Shown: piece by piece, positions 40,446 through 49,293 of the stretch
Layout: each line of letters begins with the position of its first letter
Position numbering within the stretch: the first letter of the stretch is position 1
DNA from: an uncultured virus (IMG/VR IMGVR_UViG_3300035208_003226)
Lineage: Duplodnaviria; Heunggongvirae; Uroviricota; Caudoviricetes
Virus record (IMG/VR): IMGVR_UViG_3300035208_003226
Length of the DNA stretch: 64,000 nucleotides
Strand: one strand, 5' to 3'
Notes under the pieces: model-generated
The model's input: the letters and a program-made list of their open reading frames with translations, nothing else
Told to the model about the DNA's origin: nothing
Database searches by the model: none
Program-made: the position numbers and the translations under genes

Positions 40446-40910
40446 TCATTCATTGATAAACATAAAATTTACTTCTATTACTTTGCTTTTAATTCCTGCT
40501 TCTCCAGGTTCATTAATATTAATTGCTGAATTTAATTTAAATCCATTAAGATTTGATGCAACCAATCCTGTTAATGAATCCAATTGATTATTTTTAAGAT
40601 AGTTATATACCTCATCAAATAATTTATCTCTCTCTACAACATTACGAGCCCATATTCTAATTTCCATTGTTATATCCATAACCGTTCCTTCACTACTCAT
40701 TCCTAATCTTTGTGGTTGTGAAATACCTCTATCAACAATTGTTATAATTGGATATTTAACTGCACGTTGAGGATATTCAGTCATAATAAACTTTTCGTTT
40801 CCTGTTCTTATTGTTGCGATTGGGTCGTTAATATTATTCAACAATTTATCACGTAACAATATAGATGTATCTGCTAAAAAAGTTGTTCCAGAAACGCTTG
40901 TTACTGTCAT
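40446..40910 (-). CDS. Tail terminator-like protein
   Basis: YPIITI, EIRIWAR; position. Confidence 0.65.
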   Translation of the reverse strand: MTVTSVSGTTFLADTSILLRDKLLNNINDPIATIRTGNEKFIMTEYPQRAVKYPIITIVDRGISQPQRLGMSSEGTVMDITMEIRIWARNVVERDKLFDEVYNYLKNNQLDSLTGLVASNLNGFKLNSAININEPGEAGIKSKVIEVNFMFINE

Positions 40911-41045
40911 TGTATCATAGCGAGGTCAGAAAACGCTGGTTGAAGAAAATCATAGTTATTAAGTAATTCATTCGCTCTTATATAGAAATTATTTTTCATT
41001 TTCTTGACCTCGCTTGGTTCTCTTTGGTTAAACTCGCTTGTTTAA
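40907..41045 (-). promoter_or_regulatory. Structured 5' leader with a 30-aa uORF
   Basis: Inverted repeat 40919-40935 / 40997-41014; uORF 40999..40907. Confidence 0.55.
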
Positions 41046-41064
41046 TTAATACATATTTATCGTT

Positions 41065-41103
41065 TTTTATTTAAATATGTATATATATAAATTATATAAT
41101 TAT
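41065..41103 (-). promoter_or_regulatory. Putative late promoter (ATTATATAAT plus TATTTAAATA)
   Basis: 39 bp identical to 47044-47082. Confidence 0.75.
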
Positions 41104-41480
41104 ATTTTAGAAATTTCTGCTTTTATAATCTCTTTTACTTTATTTTTATTCCTATCAGCAGTGTTACGAAAATGACTTCTCGGTGCCATCTTTGTTGTTC
41201 CATATTCTAAATCAGGAGCATATTCAACATTTGTTTCTACTGTTGCTGTATATGGTGCAGGAAAAATTGCTTTAACCGACCCCTTAAATCGTCCAGTATC
41301 AACACTTCGTGGTTCTGCTCTTTCACCATTAATACTAAATACTACTTCTCTTTGAACAAAATAACCAGCATTCTTTACTCCTTGTTCTGTTTGTTTAAGT
41401 TTTTCAGCATTAAAACTTTTCATTTTTCTTTGAAGTTCCTCTAATCCTTTAACTTCAATTATAATTCCTTTTGTTGCCAT
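41100..41480 (-). CDS. HK97 gp10-like tail completion protein
   Basis: VKGLEEL, VDTGRF, NVEYAPDLEYGTTKMAPR. Confidence 0.85.
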   Translation of the reverse strand: MATKGIIIEVKGLEELQRKMKSFNAEKLKQTEQGVKNAGYFVQREVVFSINGERAEPRSVDTGRFKGSVKAIFPAPYTATVETNVEYAPDLEYGTTKMAPRSHFRNTADRNKNKVKEIIKAEISKI

Positions 41481-41489
41481 AATAAAACC

Positions 41490-41816
41490 TTAGTTATAAT
41501 TTTCATAAACTTGAACTTGAAGATTGTGGTCTGATGGAAAAGTCATTTTACTTCCTGAATTTTGAAATTCAAACTCAGCCCAATATGTTCCAACACTTCC
41601 TGTATCTATACTTCCAGTCCATTGATATTCGACATTTCCTGTTGTGCTTCCAGTTATAACGCATATTCCACTCACATAAGATGAATAGTTTGTTAGGTGT
41701 GCCATATTAAACCATACACTACCATTAGACAAATCTATTGCTTCATCACTTGAATTATTTAAGGTTACTGAAAGTGCAGGTAATGTGTCATTTTTTTTAA
41801 TTTTAAATATATCCAT
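41490..41816 (-). CDS. BppU-like Ig-fold virion protein
   Basis: IKKNDTLP, GNVEYQW, GTYWAEFE, TFPS. Confidence 0.7.
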   Translation of the reverse strand: MDIFKIKKNDTLPALSVTLNNSSDEAIDLSNGSVWFNMAHLTNYSSYVSGICVITGSTTGNVEYQWTGSIDTGSVGTYWAEFEFQNSGSKMTFPSDHNLQVQVYENYN

Positions 41817-41818
41817 AT

Positions 41819-42391
41819 TTACCCCCTTAAAATTATATTACTTGAATTTAAATTTTTTAAAGCAAAAGAATTATTAGAATTGCTAAAATCATAACACACT
41901 TTATATCCTGCTGATAACCCATAAACTCTAAAATCAACATTAAATGTTCTAATACTCCATGTGCTTCCTGATGTAATAGATGCATATGCTATTCCTCCTT
42001 GATAACCATTACCGATTATCATTTGTAAAGGAGAAAACATTGAGTCTGCTAATGGTGATCTCATAATAATTGCATATCTTGTATCTTTTTTTAATAATAG
42101 TGTCGAACCTAAATCAACATTAATCCACGATATAGAAGAAGATAACTCTGAATCTGCTTTAGAACCACAAACTAAATCCACTCCACTTGGTAAAAAGTTA
42201 TCTGTTTCTCTTATAGAAAAATAACAACTTCCAGGTGAATAAGCACGCCCCTTTAAATCTATTCCTTGTAAATAAAAATCTTCGTTTGTTCCTGTGCTTC
42301 CTATTACAAACGTTTGAGCAGTCCAATTATTTTGATAAATAGTTGTAGAACTATTATCATTTACTGCTATAAAACTTTCATATACTGTCAT
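41819..42391 (-). CDS. Beta-sandwich virion accessory protein
   Basis: WTAQTF, YAIIM, DFRVY; position. Confidence 0.55.
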   Translation of the reverse strand: MTVYESFIAVNDNSSTTIYQNNWTAQTFVIGSTGTNEDFYLQGIDLKGRAYSPGSCYFSIRETDNFLPSGVDLVCGSKADSELSSSISWINVDLGSTLLLKKDTRYAIIMRSPLADSMFSPLQMIIGNGYQGGIAYASITSGSTWSIRTFNVDFRVYGLSAGYKVCYDFSNSNNSFALKNLNSSNIILRG

Positions 42392-42392
42392 C

Positions 42393-42812
42393 TTATTCCC
42401 CCATTAACGAACCAGTTAAAAGAACTCTTAAATAAACTTTTTTCAGAACATCAACTTGATTAACTGTATATTTTATAACACCATCTGAAAGTATACTATA
42501 TTCTCCTGTAATTGGACTTCCTAAACCAACACGTAAAACGCCAGAAGTATTAACATCTCCTTGAATATAAAGTTTAGTATCATTTGTTAAAAGATTTCCT
42601 TGTTGTAACAATATAGCATCGTCACTTCCTCTACCTTGACTTATAGGTAATACAACCCCAGATGTCCAATAATCTGTTCCTGATTGTGTTAATTTAACAT
42701 CATCATCATATTCATTAATATTAAATTCATTAAAATAACGCATTCTAATTTGCTGTCCGTATTTTAATGCTTCAAGAACTCCATTAACGAAATCATCTGA
42801 ATTTGTTGTCAT
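42393..42812 (-). CDS. Head-closure (stopper)-like protein
   Basis: Position and size; YDDD, DTKLY. Confidence 0.5.
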   Translation of the reverse strand: MTTNSDDFVNGVLEALKYGQQIRMRYFNEFNINEYDDDVKLTQSGTDYWTSGVVLPISQGRGSDDAILLQQGNLLTNDTKLYIQGDVNTSGVLRVGLGSPITGEYSILSDGVIKYTVNQVDVLKKVYLRVLLTGSLMGE

Positions 42813-43069
42813 TATCCTATTACAAATTTAATTATAATTGCACCAGTTAAAGTTGCTAATACACCAAGAACACAAGCTAAAAACTTTTTAATCCAACAAA
42901 TATCTGTGCTTAATGATACCATTTTATTTGATAACATAAGATTTGTTTTTGCCATATCTTTTGTATTCCTTTCAACTTCTGTTATCTTATGATTAAATGT
43001 ATTTATTAAAATATTAAAATTATTATTAAAGTCTTGAAATTCTTTAACTTTAATATATTTATCTTTCAT
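42812..43069 (-). CDS. Coiled-coil protein with C-terminal TM
   Basis: 85 aa; DICWIKK followed by a TM segment. Confidence 0.55.
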   Translation of the reverse strand: MKDKYIKVKEFQDFNNNFNILINTFNHKITEVERNTKDMAKTNLMLSNKMVSLSTDICWIKKFLACVLGVLATLTGAIIIKFVIG

Positions 43070-43436
43070 CCCAACATTGGTAGTAACTTATAACTTCACC
43101 ACCAGTATTTAATTGTTCAATGCCCCATTCTTTCCATTCTTTAGAAGTTCCTTGAGACATTCCTTTTGTAATTGACAACTCTCCAATTTTAACACTGCTT
43201 GTTCCTATGCCTTGTGCTTCCATAAGTTTGAGGACGTTGGCAATACTTAAACTTGTAATTCCAGGTTGATATACTTCTGGTATAGAAGATACACTAATTG
43301 TAACTCCTGTTAACGTTTGAGCAAAATAAACTTGGTTATCAACGATTGTCGTTAATAATCCTGATATTCCAACAGGAATATTACTAATCATCCCAGAAAC
43401 TATACTTCCTATTTGAACGTCAGTGAGTGTTGTCAT
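43059..43436 (-). CDS. Head-tail adaptor-like protein
   Basis: SVKIGELSI motif; position. Confidence 0.55.
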   Translation of the reverse strand: MTTLTDVQIGSIVSGMISNIPVGISGLLTTIVDNQVYFAQTLTGVTISVSSIPEVYQPGITSLSIANVLKLMEAQGIGTSSVKIGELSITKGMSQGTSKEWKEWGIEQLNTGGEVISYYQCWDER

Positions 43437-43461
43437 TTAAGATATTATAAATTAAATGGCA

Positions 43462-43656
43462 TTAAACTATGCTTCCTATTCTTCCTGTGCTATCACATCT
43501 TACAGGAATTACTGCTAATCCTGATAATGCACATAATAAAACTAATTGAACTGCTCCTTGTGCTTGAACATAAGTTCCACTTATATATATTGGACTATTT
43601 GAAGTATATCCACTTTGCGTTCCTGATGCATATATCGGTAATTCTGTTGCTCCCAT
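43462..43656 (-). CDS. Small SG-rich virion protein
   Basis: 64 aa in the structural operon. Confidence 0.6.
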   Translation of the reverse strand: MGATELPIYASGTQSGYTSNSPIYISGTYVQAQGAVQLVLLCALSGLAVIPVRCDSTGRIGSIV

Positions 43657-43665
43657 TTTTAAAAT

Positions 43666-43920
43666 TTAAACAGTTATTAATGCTGTCCATCCACTTCCAC
43701 CTACACCAAGAGTTATATCACCAATATAGAATATTCCATCAGAAACACTATAAGCAATATCGCTTCCAGTAACTGATGTTAGATAATTATTAGGACTAAA
43801 ATTTACAACTCTAAAAGTAGGACTAACAATTGCATAAGTTCCTGATACCATTATTGAATGTGGTAATCCAGGCACTAATCCTTGTCCCATTATACTTCCT
43901 GTCGTTACGCTATCTGCCAT
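43666..43920 (-). CDS. Small virion protein
   Basis: 84 aa, TGAAAGGAGG RBS. Confidence 0.65.
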   Translation of the reverse strand: MADSVTTGSIMGQGLVPGLPHSIMVSGTYAIVSPTFRVVNFSPNNYLTSVTGSDIAYSVSDGIFYIGDITLGVGGSGWTALITV

Positions 43921-43963
43921 TTATTTTTATATCCTCCTTTCATATTATTTTTTAAAATAATTT

Positions 43964-44485
43964 TTAAATTCCTACTGCTATCCAATCGGCTACTGTTCCT
44001 GATGGACCATATGCCCAACATCCAGATGCTCTTCTTAATCCACTTATGGAAAATCCTGTTCCACTTGTGTTACTTGCTACTGGTAATGACCAATCTCTTG
44101 CGCTTATAGTCATGAAATAATTTGCCGTTGAAAAACTTCCTGCTGAAGGAAATGCAATTAATCCTGAAGAACTATTACCAATTAAAACACTTCCAGCAAC
44201 TACTCTATATCCGAATAATTGTGTATCATTTTCAATTGCTACTGGAAAGTGCCTTCCTAATGTATCTGTTATACTTCCACCTGCTCTAAAGTTAGTTCCA
44301 CTAATTGTAGTTCCATATATATTTGTTCCGCTAATAGATGTTACACCAACAAGATTTGTTATTCTAATATTTGTAAAACTACCTGTTGTTCCATAAATAT
44401 TACTTCCACTAATTGTTTCTGTAAAACTTGCTTGATTTACTTCTTCAAAACCCATTCCATCAACTGTGCTTACATTGCTTGCCAT
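43964..44485 (-). CDS. Head fibre/decoration-like protein
   Basis: ISG(T/S)N(I/F) repeats; C-terminal DWIAVG. Confidence 0.65.
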   Translation of the reverse strand: MASNVSTVDGMGFEEVNQASFTETISGSNIYGTTGSFTNIRITNLVGVTSISGTNIYGTTISGTNFRAGGSITDTLGRHFPVAIENDTQLFGYRVVAGSVLIGNSSSGLIAFPSAGSFSTANYFMTISARDWSLPVASNTSGTGFSISGLRRASGCWAYGPSGTVADWIAVGI

Positions 44486-44539
44486 TTCTTTTTTTCCTAT
44501 TTAATTGCGTCAATTTAAAGTTTGACTTCTTGTAAATAT

Positions 44540-44560
44540 TAAAAAAATAAAAATAAAAAT
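44540..44560 (-). terminator. T-rich terminator after the capsid gene
   Basis: Oligo-T runs on the minus strand. Confidence 0.5.
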
Positions 44561-44583
44561 TTTATTCTTCCTCTACAACCTAT

Positions 44584-45447
44584 TTACGAAGTTGTAATCT
44601 TTGCTATTGCATCTGCCCTAAGGTGTCTAATCTTTAGTCTTTGTGTAATTGCTGCTGCATCCATATCGTATAGAGGTAATGTTAAATTCTCTACACTAAC
44701 TGGTCTTTTTTCAGCGATTACATAAGCTTGTGTTCTATCAGTAACGTATGCATACTTACTATAAGTTGTGCTTGGTGCTGCATTTGTTGAAAATTTAAGA
44801 ACATTTAATCCGTAGATTGTTCCTAAAAATCCTCTTGCAAGCATGTCTGTATTACCAACTTTATTAGCTTCTACAAAAGTATCAATATTTCTTAAATCAT
44901 TCAAGACTTCCATACCAACAAACAAAGTTGTTGCTGAATAGTCTGCATCATCAAGATACTGAATTGCTCTTGTAATGTTTGCAATTGTTATTGCTGCTCC
45001 ACCTGCTACTGTATTAGTTGCATTATCCAATGCATCTGAAAGTATTAACTTCGTTTCATTTTCTGCAAATCTCTTACCGAAAGTTTGTAGATTATGTTGA
45101 AGTAAGTTCCATTTGCAATCTTCCAACATTTCTCTTGTAATTCTAACTGAAACTCCGTATTTTACTGGTTTCAAATTAAAACTTGTGTAAGAAGTTTGGT
45201 CTATTGGAATTTCTGCACCTTCAGCTACGATTCTAATTATTCCTTGATTTACATTTACTAAATCAACATCAATACTTGAACCTGGAATATCTCCTGAGCC
45301 AAAATAAATAGCGCATTCACTTCTTGGAATTAAAACTTTATCAACTTCTTCAATCAAGGTGTTATAAATCTGCCTTGGAAGTAAAAGTTGACCTTCAGTT
45401 CCCATTCCAGTCTGTAATAATTCTTTAACTGCTTTATATTCTGTCAT
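44584..45447 (-). CDS. Major capsid protein (HK97 fold)
   Basis: VAEGAEIP, KYG..ITREM, GTIYGLNV, DAIAKIT. Confidence 0.9.
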   Translation of the reverse strand: MTEYKAVKELLQTGMGTEGQLLLPRQIYNTLIEEVDKVLIPRSECAIYFGSGDIPGSSIDVDLVNVNQGIIRIVAEGAEIPIDQTSYTSFNLKPVKYGVSVRITREMLEDCKWNLLQHNLQTFGKRFAENETKLILSDALDNATNTVAGGAAITIANITRAIQYLDDADYSATTLFVGMEVLNDLRNIDTFVEANKVGNTDMLARGFLGTIYGLNVLKFSTNAAPSTTYSKYAYVTDRTQAYVIAEKRPVSVENLTLPLYDMDAAAITQRLKIRHLRADAIAKITTS

Positions 45448-45448
45448 T

Positions 45449-45931
45449 TTAAATATTTACTGAAACAACACAGAATTGTCCAAGTCCTCCATCTGCTGAT
45501 GTTAAAGCTGTTGCTTTTGTTGGATATACGAATTTAGTTGGGTCCATTGCTGTTGACGAACCTGCTGCATAAACTATTCCTGCACTTCCAGGCCATAATC
45601 CTTGTCCTGCTAATACAAGCGAACCAATAAATCCACTACCTGCTGGCATTAAAAATGTTCCTCTTGATGCTACTGTTCCATATGTTCCTGATGCAATATC
45701 TGTAATTGCTAATCCAATAACTAATGAACCAATAACTGTTGAAACTGTATATCCTTCAATATCACTTGAAGTATAAGAACTGCTATCTGAACCAACTGCA
45801 CCTAATGCACTTGAACCATTTACCCAGTATCCTCCTGATATATTTTCTCTTGCCTTAATAGTAAATGTTCTTGGTGTTCCACCATCGAATATTCCTACTG
45901 CTCCATTTGGGTTTCTTTGACTTACTGCCAT
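45449..45931 (-). CDS. Capsid cement/decoration protein
   Basis: IGLAITDIASG; between protease and capsid; strong RBS. Confidence 0.7.
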   Translation of the reverse strand: MAVSQRNPNGAVGIFDGGTPRTFTIKARENISGGYWVNGSSALGAVGSDSSSYTSSDIEGYTVSTVIGSLVIGLAITDIASGTYGTVASRGTFLMPAGSGFIGSLVLAGQGLWPGSAGIVYAAGSSTAMDPTKFVYPTKATALTSADGGLGQFCVVSVNI

Positions 45932-46030
45932 TTCTTTTTATCCTCCTTTCAATTATTAATATTCTCACAAAATTTAATTTTATGAAATATAATTTTATTC
46001 TTATTCATCTTTCCTCTTTTGTTCTCTAAT

Positions 46031-47017
46031 TTATCTTACTAATCTTTTTAAGTTAGGATTTTTGCTAAAATCACCATATAGAGATGCTTTATTACCAGCA
46101 CTTTCAACTACAATATCACTTGCAACTGATTTTTCAACTACTTCTGCTGTTATCACTCCTTTGGTTTCATCTAATTTCTTGACACTTTCTTCAGCTTTAA
46201 TTTTTTCTTGTGCTTTTTTCATTTCTGAAAAAGAAGAAACAATTAATTCTTTTAAGCTTTCAACATCTTTCTGTAATTTTTCAACTACTTCAGACTTTTG
46301 TTCAATACTCTCAGATTTAGCAACTTCTGTTACGTCTTCTGCCATCTTTTCCTCCTTATTATTTAATTGAGTTTGAACATTTTTATCCTCTACATTCTTT
46401 ACTTCATCTTTCACTTCATCTTTTTTATCTTCTACTTCGTCTTTCACTTCATCCTTACTATCTAATTCAGCCATTTCTTTTAAATGAAAATTACTATCAA
46501 ATGCTTGTGCTAAATTTGCATGACTATCTCCTGGAACAGCAACCAAACTTAATTCTAATCCTCGAATACCAACTGCTTTTTTACTTCCATCTGTTTCCTC
46601 AATTAAATCATCTACTTTTGCTCCAATACTTACACTTTGTATTCTGCCATCTTTAATCATCTCACGAATTTGTTTATCCATAATCTTTCCTTCAAAATCT
46701 ACTCTTCGTGCAACCGGATTCCAATTTACTTTTTCTGTTGTTCTTCCAACAATATTCTTAACTTCATTTTTATGGTCAAGTAATATCGGAACATTTCTCC
46801 ATGTCGACGCACCTTTCTCTAATTCTTCTGCAATATATTTAACATTATTCAAAGTTGTTGTTTCGTTAATTGCAACACCTCTTATAAAAAATTCGTCATT
46901 AACCTCATCAAAAACTTTTTCTTCAATAGGAACAAAAAATTCAAGAAGTCTCCAATCTTTTGCTTTTTGTTTTATTGTTTTTATTTCACTCATCACCACA
47001 CTTTTTTCTTCTGACAT
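46031..47017 (-). CDS. Prohead protease with C-terminal scaffold
   Basis: PILLDH, SVSIG, ELSLVAVPG; acidic coiled-coil tail. Confidence 0.9.
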   Translation of the reverse strand: MSEEKSVVMSEIKTIKQKAKDWRLLEFFVPIEEKVFDEVNDEFFIRGVAINETTTLNNVKYIAEELEKGASTWRNVPILLDHKNEVKNIVGRTTEKVNWNPVARRVDFEGKIMDKQIREMIKDGRIQSVSIGAKVDDLIEETDGSKKAVGIRGLELSLVAVPGDSHANLAQAFDSNFHLKEMAELDSKDEVKDEVEDKKDEVKDEVKNVEDKNVQTQLNNKEEKMAEDVTEVAKSESIEQKSEVVEKLQKDVESLKELIVSSFSEMKKAQEKIKAEESVKKLDETKGVITAEVVEKSVASDIVVESAGNKASLYGDFSKNPNLKRLVR

Positions 47018-47043
47018 ATCATATATATTATATCATTGAATTA

Positions 47044-47082
47044 TTTTATTTAAATATGTATATATATAAATTATATAATTAT
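47044..47082 (-). promoter_or_regulatory. Putative late promoter
   Basis: Identical to 41065-41103; about 30 nt upstream of the protease ATG. Confidence 0.75.
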
Positions 47083-47085
47083 GAT

Positions 47086-49293
47086 TCATCCACTAATTCC
47101 ATTTATATATTTCCAACTATTAATCCATTCCCAAACATATTTTCCGTAAGTAGAATTAACCGAAGTATCTTCTTCGCCAGTTCCAATTCCATTAATTTCT
47201 TTTATGCCATCGTAACACCATATACTAATTGCAACATCTGTCATATTACAACCATTAATTGTTAAATCGTAAGGTAAAGTATTTGTAGTTGTTCCAATAC
47301 CGTCGACAAACTTTCCATTACTATATCCCCATACTTCTTCACCAAACGTTTTATTTATAGGAACATCTACACATCTATCATCACTAATCCCATCTATAAA
47401 CTTCCCACCTGAATATACCCAAACACTTCTTACAACTTCTGTTATATTACATACTACTGCTGTGCTGTTAATTGTATAACTCTGAATATTAGAAACATTA
47501 TAATTCGTTAGAGTTCCATTTCCCCATGAATACCATTTGTAAGCATAAACTCCTCCAGAAGAAAAACTGTAGCTTGCATTAAATGTTGTAGCACTTCCTG
47601 AAACGTTTGAGGCAGTTGTATTAACACCATTAATTTCTAATAAAACAGTCCCATTTGTATTCAAAACTGTTACATTGAATATTCCTGTTCCTGTATCAAC
47701 TAATGTTCCATTGTTATCCCAGTAAGAAGAAAACTGTGGATATTCTGTATCTGTAACTCCTGCATTATATTGGTCTGCTCCAACATCCCATGTTCCTGTT
47801 CTTGTTTCTCTATCTATATCATAATTAAATTTAAGATAAGGGTCTGCACTTAAATCTGTTCCATTTCCTCTTGCACAAGTGTCAGTAGAACTTAAATGAA
47901 AGTTTGAAGCATTCTCATTAAAAAAGGTTACATTACACCAAATTGGATTTAATCCCGGAGGCGTATCATGACTTGCAAGATTATTTGTTGAATCTGTAGT
48001 GTTGTAACTTGAATGATAACATTCTCCTGAAGCATTCTTACAAACATTATTCTTCAAAACTAAAACTACCGCAGTAACCCCATTTGTTCCTCTAAATCCA
48101 TAATTTCCTCCATAAGCTGTATTACTATAAACAAATGCTTTAGAAGCATTAAGCGTTCTAATTCCTGTGCTTCCTGATGCCTTAGAAAGATTGTATATTA
48201 AATTATTATAAATATAATAATTACCGTTTGGTCTTACCCCATTTATTCCATACTGATAATAAGCATAATTTGCGTGTCCAACTACAATATTATTGCTAAT
48301 ATTTATAAGATTATTATCTGCTAATGTTACATCAGAATTAATACCTGTTATTCCTGGTCTTGTTATGTTTGAAGTTCCAACTTGTAATCCATCTATAATA
48401 ACATAATCTTCTGCTATTGTTACAACTGGACCTGAAACATTATTGTCATTATATACTCTATAAGCAGTTTGGCTAAATGTTCCATTATGTCTTGCTTCTC
48501 CTTCAGTATATATTTTAACATAATCTGTTTCAGTAGTAGTCCATCCACTAACTGATATTCTTCCATTATCTACATTTGTCCAAATTCCACTAATATTTGC
48601 AATACAAGGACCTGTTCCAGTTAAGTTTGCTTGTTGAGCAGCTTCCCAAGTAGATAATTGTGAATAGTTACAACCAGATTCACAGATAGTAAACATTCCT
48701 GAACTTCCATGTAATTTCATATCTTTTGGTCTATTTTCCCAGTCTACTAAAACTATTTTTTCAGAAATATTTGTTAAATATTTTATTATTGGAGCATGAT
48801 AAGATTTGTCATTATAAGGAATATTTTTTAAATTATTTAATTCTTTTTTGTCTAAAAATGATTCAAGAGGAAGTCTATATTTTCTTTCAGTTAATATTTC
48901 ATAACCGATAACTTTCTTTTCATTGGTTATAGGTGCAGAATAATTGTATTCGGGTTCAAGCCAAGAAGCATTCCATTCTGAAATTGGAATTTTAATAAGA
49001 GCAAAACTCATTGGGTCTAATTCTAAATTTCCCCATTTATATCCTTCTGGCTCTGCTACAATAATATAACCTTGTTTTGAACTTCCTGCTCGTTCTTCTT
49101 TTGTTGTTTCTAATGTTTTAGCAATTTCATTTCCTTTCAATAAATTAGTATCTGAAGTTTTTACAAGAAGTTCCATATATTTTGGACTATCATTATTAAA
49201 AAGATATATTCCCGAAGTTGTTACTGAAAGCACTGCTAATGAAACTAAACCTAATATTATCTTTTCTTTTTTACTTAACTTCTTTTTTATCAT
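47086..49293 (-). CDS. Membrane-anchored, N-sequon-rich surface protein (beta-helix, Ig-like domain, C-terminal repeats)
   Basis: N-terminal TM; about 30 N-x-S/T; NNLIY repeats; WDVGADQY; four (V/I)W.(Y/W)...K...GI repeats. Confidence 0.75.
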   Translation of the reverse strand: MIKKKLSKKEKIILGLVSLAVLSVTTSGIYLFNNDSPKYMELLVKTSDTNLLKGNEIAKTLETTKEERAGSSKQGYIIVAEPEGYKWGNLELDPMSFALIKIPISEWNASWLEPEYNYSAPITNEKKVIGYEILTERKYRLPLESFLDKKELNNLKNIPYNDKSYHAPIIKYLTNISEKIVLVDWENRPKDMKLHGSSGMFTICESGCNYSQLSTWEAAQQANLTGTGPCIANISGIWTNVDNGRISVSGWTTTETDYVKIYTEGEARHNGTFSQTAYRVYNDNNVSGPVVTIAEDYVIIDGLQVGTSNITRPGITGINSDVTLADNNLINISNNIVVGHANYAYYQYGINGVRPNGNYYIYNNLIYNLSKASGSTGIRTLNASKAFVYSNTAYGGNYGFRGTNGVTAVVLVLKNNVCKNASGECYHSSYNTTDSTNNLASHDTPPGLNPIWCNVTFFNENASNFHLSSTDTCARGNGTDLSADPYLKFNYDIDRETRTGTWDVGADQYNAGVTDTEYPQFSSYWDNNGTLVDTGTGIFNVTVLNTNGTVLLEINGVNTTASNVSGSATTFNASYSFSSGGVYAYKWYSWGNGTLTNYNVSNIQSYTINSTAVVCNITEVVRSVWVYSGGKFIDGISDDRCVDVPINKTFGEEVWGYSNGKFVDGIGTTTNTLPYDLTINGCNMTDVAISIWCYDGIKEINGIGTGEEDTSVNSTYGKYVWEWINSWKYINGISG

